From Lingula anatina (lineage: Eukaryota > Animalia > Brachiopoda), in contig CM120640.1 in the NCBI GenBank assembly GCA_051362555.1, forward strand, positions 60,056,788 to 60,120,787: a stretch of DNA of 64,000 nt. The letters are read 5' to 3'. The position numbers and the translations under genes were made by a program. Shown piece after piece: positions 56,301 to 64,000 of the stretch. The notes beneath the pieces were generated by a model. That model was not told where the DNA came from, did no database searches, and saw only the letters and a list, made by a program, of their open reading frames with translations. How positions within the stretch are numbered: the first letter of the stretch is position 1; every line of letters starts with the position of its first letter.

Positions 56301-56709
56301 TTTTCTGTCAACAGATTGGTGGTACATATGCCAAACCAGTGTTACTGCCTCCACAAGTTGCTATAGGTGCTTTAGGAAAAATACAGGCAAGACAATCCAT
56401 GATATAAAACCTTCTTGGATTAAAATACCTTCTTTTCGATATTTTTTTAACGTTATAATGATGAGGTATAGTATAAAGTGAATAACATTTCTTTATCTCA
56501 CCAAAAAAAGTAAATGTATAGTTATATTTGTTTTGTCATAGGTGTTGCCCCGTTTTGATGCTCAAGACAAAGTGGTAAAGGCACACATCATGCAGGTGAG
56601 CTGGTCAGCTGATCACAGGGTGGTAGATGGCGCCACAATGGCGAGATACTCAAATTTATGGAAAAGTTACTTGGAAAACCCTGCCAGCATGATATTGGAT
56701 TTGAAATGA
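50372..56709 (+). CDS. DBT: Dihydrolipoamide branched-chain transacylase E2 (BCKDH E2), mitochondrial precursor (about 501 aa)
   Basis: Exons 50372-50431, 52146-52278, 52603-52678, 53833-54017, 54365-54492, 54780-54873, 55079-55398, 55654-55731, 55910-56101, 56315-56386 and 56542-56709. Arg-rich presequence. Lipoyl domain [13 protein letters not shown]...[18 protein letters not shown]1/E3-binding segment [10 protein letters not shown]...[12 protein letters not shown]. Catalytic motif SADHRVVDG. Ends MILDLK*. Confidence 0.96.
50977..52120. mobile_element. Palindromic non-autonomous DNA transposon (IS3EU-like termini) in DBT intron 1
   Basis: Starts TATGGGCGGCGG and ends CCGCCGCCCATA with a perfect 6-bp TSD aaatac (50971-50976 and 52121-52126). 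Inverted arms of about 360-380 bp carry 21/24-bp minisatellites (catcaaaacgcaactagtcat). The centre is a roughly 177-bp tandem duplication. Confidence 0.85.
52991..53732. mobile_element. 742-bp insertion with 9-bp TSD (MULE-like) in DBT intron 3
   Basis: Perfect direct repeat acataaacc at 52982-52990 and 53733-53741. Short TIR agcaca...tgtgct. Interior richer in CpG. Confidence 0.7.
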
Positions 56710-56800
56710 CATGTGTACAAGTGGCAGCTACACAAATGACGCTCACAACTAGTGAATAACTGACAGAATTTGTTGGATATAAAGAAATAATATCTATTTA

Positions 56801-59800
56801 TTGTACCACCAGCGTAGGCGCTGGCGGTACACATGGTTTTAGTCCCGACCCGTATGTTCCGCCGGCTCCGCCGGCTCCTGTGGCTCCGCCGCCAAGTCAC
56901 CGTTACCGCTTCTCCTCCTAGACGGTAATGGCCTCCATACCCATCTCTTGGATTTAGGTCACCTATAATCTCAACTCGTTCCACGTAAAATTTGGGCTTT
57001 GTCGGTATTGGGGTCTAGGTGTGGCACTCATTGCAATGCACCCTTGTCCAAAAATGGCAAAATTAAATGCTAATTATCTCCCCTACGGAAGGAATTATGG
57101 GAAAAATTTCTACAGACAGCTTTCCAAAAGTCATGTGTAGATTTCAAATATGCCCTTGGATTTGACCTTTGACCTTTATTTCAAGGTCAAACGGGCCAAA
57201 ATTTTCAAAAAAACAAAATTTTTGCCGAAAAAAAAATTATTTGCGGTCTTATTCAGACACCACACAGACTTAACTAATAATATTAATGGAAAGTGTTACC
57301 CTTCAGGTCATCTTTCATCTCTGTGAATTTGGGGTCAATCGGTGCATTTTCACGGGATTAGCGGCCATAAGATATCGAAACTGAAAACTGTCTCTAAATC
57401 GGGAACCGTTAATGCTAGACACCCATTCTTTTTTGCATTTTGTAGAGCATGTAAAGCCCAACACTGGGGGTGGTCTCGGTTTTTTTGTATTCCATACGGT
57501 TTTCGAGTTACGCTGTATCAAAAAGTACATATTGGTGGTGAAAGCAAAATGTGCAGTACGGTAATGGATAATAAATTTTGAACTCCGGAAAAATAAAACA
57601 TAAGGCTTGGCAAAGCAGACAACTTGTGGTCAAAAATGACATTATTTCATCAAATTTGAACATCTGGAACTTCAGAGCACCTCCCATTTCAAGAATTTTG
57701 ACCAAAATGACCTTTTCTTTATTTTAATTAATTTTTTCTGTAGGAAATTTATGGCACATTATGGTAACTCCAAAATTATAACATTTAGTCCCTTATATCT
57801 CCAAAACTGGCAGAGATAGGTCCATAGTTACTATTGAAGTTGAATAGGAAGACATATACTGGCAATCTACATGTGACCTTAAAATTGACCTTTGACCTAC
57901 TTTTCACCATGAACTGAACTTTGCAAATTTTGCTTCCCTTTTATCTCCAAAACTGGCAGAGATAGGTCCATAGTTTCTATTGAACTTGAATAGGAAGTCA
58001 TATACTGGCAATCTACATGTGACCTTAAAATTAACCTTTGACCTATTTTTCACCATGAACTGAACTTTGCAAATTTTGCTCCCCTTTTATCTCCAAAACC
58101 GGCAGAGATAGGTCCATAGTCTCTATTGAAGTTGAATAGGAAGTCATATACTGGCAATCTACATGTGACCTTAAAATTGACCTTTGACCTACTTTTCACC
58201 ATGAACTGAACTTTGCAAATTTTGCTTCCCTTTTATCTCCAAAACTGGCAGAGATAGGTCCATAGTTTCTATTGAACTTGAATAGGAAGTCATATACTGG
58301 CAATCTACATGTGACCTTAAAATTAACCTTTGACCTATTTTTCACCATGAACTGAACTTTGCAAATTTTGCTCCCCTTTTATCTCCAAAACCGGCAGAGA
58401 TAGGTCCATAGTCTCTATTGAAGTTGAATAGGAAGTCATATACTGGCAATCTACATGTGACCTTAAAATTGACCTTTGACCTACTTTTCACCATGAACTG
58501 AACTTTGCAAATTTTGATTCCCTTTTATCTCCAAAACTGGTAGAGATAGGTCCATAGTCTCTATTGAACTTGAATAGGAAGTCATATACTGGCAATCTAC
58601 GTGTGACCTTAAAATTGACATTTGACCTACTTTTCACCATGAACTGAACTTTGCAAATTTTGCTTCCCTTTTATCTCCAAAACTGGCAGAGATAGGTCCA
58701 TAGTCTCTATTGAACTTGAATAGGAAGTCATATACTGGCAATCTACATGTGACCTTAAAATTGACCTTTGACCTACTTTTCACCATGAACTGAACTTAGC
58801 AAATTTTGCTTCCCTTTTATCTCCAAAACTGGTAGAGATAGGCCCATAGTCTCTATTGAACTTGAATAGGAAGTCATATACTGACAATCTACATGTGACC
58901 TTTAAATTGACCTTTGACCTACTTTTCACCATGAACTGAACTTTGCAAATTTTGATTCCCTTTTATCTCCAAAACTGGCAGAGATAGGTCCATAGTTACT
59001 ATTGAAGTTAGATAGGAAGTCATATACTGGCAATCTAAATGTGACCTTAAAATTGACCTTTGACCTACTTTTCACCAAGAACTGAACTTTGCAAATTTTG
59101 ATTCCATTTTATCTCCAAAGTTACGCTGTATCAAAAAGTCATATTGGTGGTGAAAGCAAAATGTGCAGTACGGTAATGGATAATAAATTTTGAACTCCGG
59201 AAAAATAAAACATAAGGCTTGGCAAAGCAGACAACTTGTGGTCAAAAATGACATTATTTCATCAAATTTGAACATCTGGAACTTCAGAGCACCTCCCATT
59301 TCAAGAATTTTGACCAAAATGAACTTTTCTTTATTTTAATTAATTTTTTCTGTAGGAAATTTATGGCACATTACGGTAACTCCAAAATTATTACATTTAG
59401 TCCCTTATATCTCCAAAACTGGCAGAGATAGGTCCATAGTTACTATTGAAGTTGAATAGGAAGACATATACTGGCAATCTAAATGTGACCTTAAAATTGA
59501 CCTTTGACCTACCTTTCACCATGAACTGAACTTTGCAAATTTTGCTTCCCTTTTATCTCCAAAACTGGCAGAGATAGGTCCATAGTCTCTATTGAAGTTG
59601 AATAGGAAGTCATATACTGGCAATCTACATGTGACCTTAAAATTGACCTTTGACCTACTTTTCACCATGAACTGAACTTTGCAAATTTTGATTCCCTTTT
59701 ATCTCCAAAACTGGCAGAGATAGGTCCATAGTCTCTATTGAAGTTGAATAGGAAGTCATATACTGGCAATCTTAAAGTGACCTTAAAATTGACCTTTGAC

Positions 59801-60311
59801 CTACTTTTCACCATGAACTGAACTTTGCATATTTTGCTTCCCCTTTATCTCCAAAACTGGCAGAGATAGGTCCATAGTTACTATTGAACGTGAATAGGAA
59901 GTCATATACTGGCAATCTAAGTGTGACCTTGAAATTGACCTTTGACCTACTTATTATCATGAACTGAACTCTGCTAATTTCTTTCTCTTTTAACTCCAAA
60001 CCTGGCAGAGATAGGCCCATAGTTACTATTGAAGTTGAATAGGAAGTCATATACTGACAATTTACTGTGACCTTGGAATTGACCTTTGACATACCTTACG
60101 ATGAACTTAACTTTGATTATACCATTTTTAGTAATATATATATTTTTTGCATATTTTGAAAATTCTTGTTGATTGCATTTTTACAGCTTGTCAAGCACAA
60201 GACTGGTGGCTGTGTTCCTTATTTTGTATATGTGGGGGTCTATACGAATGCGCTTGCTCCAGCTGGTGGTACAATATTCGGAGGCGGTATCGCCTCTCTG
60301 ATCCTCTAGTT
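56801..60311 (+). mobile_element. HINE family 2 copy immediately 3' of the DBT stop codon, carrying expanded 146-bp satellite arrays
   Basis: 5' hairpin ttgtaccaccagcg-tagg-cgctggcggtaca and a GC-rich ccgccggct micro-repeat. 3' subTIR ctggtggtacaa (about 60263-60274), stem-loop gaggcggtatcgcctc (60281-60296) and ctagtt end. Confidence 0.9.
57795..60110. repeat. 146-bp tandem satellite, two arrays (9 units and about 5 units) separated by a duplicated spacer
   Basis: The unit start ctccaaaac[t/c]gg recurs at 57799, 57945, 58091, 58237, 58383, 58529, 58675, 58821 and 58967, then from 59411. Segment 59119-59410 repeats 57507-57800. Confidence 0.95.
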
Positions 60312-61768
60312 CTATCTTGCCTTTTGTAGGGATTATTGGGGTTATTGCAAAAATATGATAATACTGATACATAGTATCTTTGTATTGTTGTATATCATAA
60401 AGAAATGCTTTGGAAAAGGTTAATTGGAAATGCAAAAACATGACAACCAGGAAGGGATTTAAAAATGCAAGTTCTCTGATTGGATCACAGCTGATGACGA
60501 AAGACATTTTCACATGGGGCATTCTATTTTAGTGATCCATCTTTAATATTTTATTTATTTATTTATTTTTGCAAGATTGACAGCTTTTTAGCTCAGATAT
60601 TATGTCTGAGAATCAATGGAATCCCCTGGGCTTAACAGGGTCATTTAATGATTAATTGCTAGTTTCCACTCTTTGGTCATTGCCAAATTTTTACTGTGTT
60701 AAGGAGAATATGCTCTCTAAGTGTACTTGTAACCTTATTACATGGCCAGACATCTCTTTCGCAGCTGATGTACAAGTTATCTTGCTATAAACAGGGATTA
60801 TCATGGCATATAACAGTATCATGACTTGGCTCTCACATATTGTGGTGGAGATGAAGATAATTTATTTTGCATAATACATGCTAATATATAATACATTGGG
60901 TTCTGATTGTGTTCAATCATGCTGTTCATTTAGTAAAGGATTCAACTTGAAATAATAATGTACCTAAATTATATGATATAGTTTGAAACTATACCCTACA
61001 TACAAATATATTACTCTGGATGAACAAAGGATGAACAAAGCTGACAATTATGTCTGTGGAACAACAATTATGCTGTGAGCCATAAATTTGCCAGCAAGAC
61101 ATTCATGATCAGCATTGTGAATGCTACACATTTTATATTGTGCATTTGAAGCATTAAAAACAAATGTTACTAGTCATTTTCTAGTTTTTACCAGTGCTGA
61201 AGATTGCATGTTTCACTCGGAGTTAAAGTCAAGAGAACAAAATTGAAGAGATTGTGGCTTCATGACACATTTGTAATAAAAAAAAAATACTACAATACCA
61301 CTCTGCTTCAAAGAATAACAATGTGCATCACTGTCTCTAATAACCAGTGTGAATCACTTATATATGAATTGTCAATTAAAAGAAAATGAACACTACTGAA
61401 GTTGACATTAATAATACCATAGCATTTAGTAATGTGAATTTATATTGCACTGAATGGAGAGAATCTCATTGATAGGCATTTCATTGACATGTATAAACCA
61501 TGGGGCAGCTAAGTCTTTAAAACATTGCTGCTCGTACAAGAATAATAATATTTGAAAATATATTCTTATCATTTTCACAAATGCCCTACATTGAAGTCCA
61601 CTTGAACTGCTTCTGGTCTTTACCTTTGAAGCTTGCCCACCATTTCAATTATCCCTGGCAAGATATTATGATCTGCTTTGATGTTTATGAAATATGATAA
61701 CTATTGGGCATTGTGGTAGCTTTTAATAATGTTGATAATTTCTCAGACTGTTAACGGTATAGAATGTT

Positions 61769-63794
61769 TTATAACATTTGGCACATGAAATAAATGCAGG
61801 CTGCTAATAGAAGTTTGCTAAAAGATTTAGCATTATTTGCTGCAGATATCTTTGGTCGACCCTTGTGACTGTCCCACATCCCTTTGGCCTTTAGCTCCTT
61901 TCTTTTTTCCCTCCATTCTAGACGAAAATCTTTGATAAATATCTTTGTTTTGGTCTTATCTGAAATATGAAATTTTATTGAAAAAAAAAAAATGTCACAC
62001 CAAAAGCATCCTTTCTTAGTAGTCCATCAATTCACTCATATTACTTGCATCTTTATTGTTATAAATTTAGATAATGATCCAATAAAATAGATAATTTCAA
62101 TATAATTTCTTAATTTTGGAAAAAAAAGTTTTTAAAAATTTATAATGAAAAAAAAAAAAGCCTTGATTACTGATGAAAAATTGATAATTTTTTTTTTAGT
62201 ATTTCATTATTATAAAAAAATATTATTGCACATTGGATGAACCTGATAAAATTCATGATGCCATAAATACATTATGCTCAAAACTGAAGTTTTTGTAGGA
62301 ACTTTTATATCAGTTTTTGTCCATAAAACATATTAATTTCTTCAATATTACTTTAAACATAAAGCAAAAGTTTTTAATAACATTTTACACAGACTGTAAC
62401 AAGTTTATTAGATAAAAATAAATTCTCACCACAATTCTCAACGTCGTCATAGACCTGCGGCAAGCAAGTTAGGATTCCATCGTAACAGTAGCACATATTA
62501 CAGCTCACCTGTTCCCATTCCCTGTGTTCAGTATCGCCACAGGGACGACGACGATGTTTGTGCTGGCAGTAGCGACCGTGATATTTCCTGTAATGTTGAC
62601 GAATGAAGGTGTCAACGAGGGTGTCAACGAAGACGAACGTCCTCTTTACACTACACAATCAACACTGATCTCATCATGTTCTATGACAAACTGTCTTATA
62701 ATATACCATCTTTCAATAAAAAGCCAATGCAGAACATTTTAGCTAAAAAGAAAACTCACTTTGGACATTTGCAAAAACTGCCCAAAACGCAGATCCCGCC
62801 ATTTTCACAGCAGTCGGTACGGTAGTTGGTCTTCAGTATATGAGGCCCTACAACATTAGATGTGATAAAGAGCCGATTTGTCAAGATTTTAAGTTATCAA
62901 AACAAAATCTAAAATGGGATATCTAAAATGCCAACAAACACACCAGCTTGGAATAAGGACAGAAAACATAAAAATAAAAATAAAACCTGGAATTGTTTCA
63001 CCACCTACAGTAGTCAGATGCCAGTAAAATGTTAATAATTTTCAGTCAATATTTCCTTTGTTTTCCCGACATTTGTACAACAGATTTCACCTGAATTGGC
63101 CCCCGTACTTTGCGCAAATGTTATGTAATTGCCATTTAAAGAAGGTAAGCCCGTCTTATTGAGCTATACAGCCGATTGCTTTAAATCCGTTAACGAGGTA
63201 ACGAGGTGCGTTTCCTCAATAAGAATTAATAGAAATTCGGGGGCTCCTAGCAAGGGGATCACAATTCAGGCAAATCAAGTGGAAAATGTCACTTTCATGA
63301 AATTATACAAAAATATTAATCATAGGCCTTTGTAGACCAATGTTTTGAAACTAGCATAAAAACAATATATGACTCCACAGTGTGAAGAAAACTCATGTTT
63401 TCGCTGCATATACCGCCGTATAATAGATGACCAAATTTCAACGATAGTTGAATGCCATTTATTCTTGAACGGCAGAGTTGCCAACATTACAGGCCTCAAA
63501 ATGCGTAGATTTATTGCCTAACGTCTAATTGTTTAAAATACAATAACATCTGTAAACATTGAGAGTCTGTCTTAAACAATACGTAGAATACGCGTAAATA
63601 CGTAGAGTTTGCAACTTGGAACACACTTTACGTAACCTACGATTATTTAAGAAAAAAAAAACTCACCAGTCTTCGTAGTTTCGTTATCAGAAGACGACAC
63701 GTTTGCTGCCCATGATCGAGTAAGCGGGGTGATATCCAGTGTTTTTACAATATCCGTAAGAAACATACCGAAGAACACCAAGCATAAAAACAAG
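61769..63794 (-). CDS. EGF-CFC: EGF-CFC family protein (Cripto/Cryptic/one-eyed pinhead-like), probably GPI-anchored; start exon not confidently located
   Basis: Exons 63794-63667, 62847-62760, 62587-62430 and 61959-61769 splice in frame to give ...LFLCLVFFGMFLTDIVKT...RTDCCENGGICVLGSFCKCPKKYHGRYCQHKHRRRPCGDTEHREWEQVSCNMCYCYDGILTCLPQVYDDVENCD...SAANNAKSFSKLLLAACIYFMCQML*. This shows the adjacent-CC variant EGF, a six-Cys CFC domain and a hydrophobic tail, as in recalled Cripto ([27 protein letters not shown]...CGSVPHDTW...CSLCKCWHGQLRCFPQ). Confidence 0.9.
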
Positions 63795-64000
63795 CTGAAA
63801 ACATGTGAATAAAATTAACAAGTAAAAGTAGCATTTACCTAGGACCAACGTAGTTTTACCACACCCGTTAAAGAAAAATAATCATAGAAACCAATGAGCC
63901 CACAAAAACAAAATGCACGTGGAAAGGGGATAGACTTGATTGACTGCCATACGTTTCCTTTGTCCACTCGTTTCTTTTCTCTTTTTTTTTTTCTATAAGA

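Noticed and set aside
57315-60329. Duplicated ORFs such as [14 protein letters not shown] (57508 and 59072) and their counterparts at 42016-43359 and 46294-46551
   Set aside because: These are incidental frames in non-coding HINE copies with no Rep, helicase or transposase motifs.
63091-63163. Candidate extra EGF-CFC exon (LNKTGLPSLNGNYITFAQSTGANS)
   Set aside because: It starts in phase 0 but the upstream exon ends in phase 1, and the longer version has an in-frame TAG. Direct splicing from 63667 to 62847 is clean.
63920-63951. Possible EGF-CFC start exon (MAVNQVYPLS)
   Set aside because: The donor (gtgcat) is weak and there is no supporting homology. The true first exon may lie beyond the window.

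Overview
This is AT-rich, intron-dense animal genomic DNA, most likely from a spiralian such as a mollusc (inferred from the HINE-type repeats and the EGF-CFC sequence). No rRNA, tRNA or CRISPR features were seen. Eight spliced genes were reconstructed by hand from splice sites and reading-frame phase: the 3' end of a transglutaminase (+), calcyphosin-like CAPSL (-) head-to-head with MTAP (+), a secreted kinase-less protein with PAN-like, EGF and ALK/LTK-type glycine-rich domains (-), a Disabled/Dab adaptor (+), RTCA (-) head-to-head with DBT (+), and an EGF-CFC (Cripto-family) gene (-) near the right edge. The introns hold many non-autonomous elements: two families of Helentron-associated elements (HINEs) with internal tandem arrays, one nested inside the other, plus IS3EU-, ISL2EU- and MULE-like insertions and small MITEs. 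Main points of interest: (1) the EGF-CFC has Ile where vertebrate Cripto has the Nodal-critical Thr; (2) the Dab protein ends in an EPIYA motif on its own exon and has YxVP motifs split across exon junctions; (3) a soluble ALK-ectodomain-like protein; (4) tandem-duplicated alternative last exons in both the transglutaminase and CAPSL; (5) the RTCA-DBT divergent pair, also neighbours in human; (6) a 146-bp satellite forming a higher-order repeat inside a HINE. Family assignments come from recalled motifs, not database searches.
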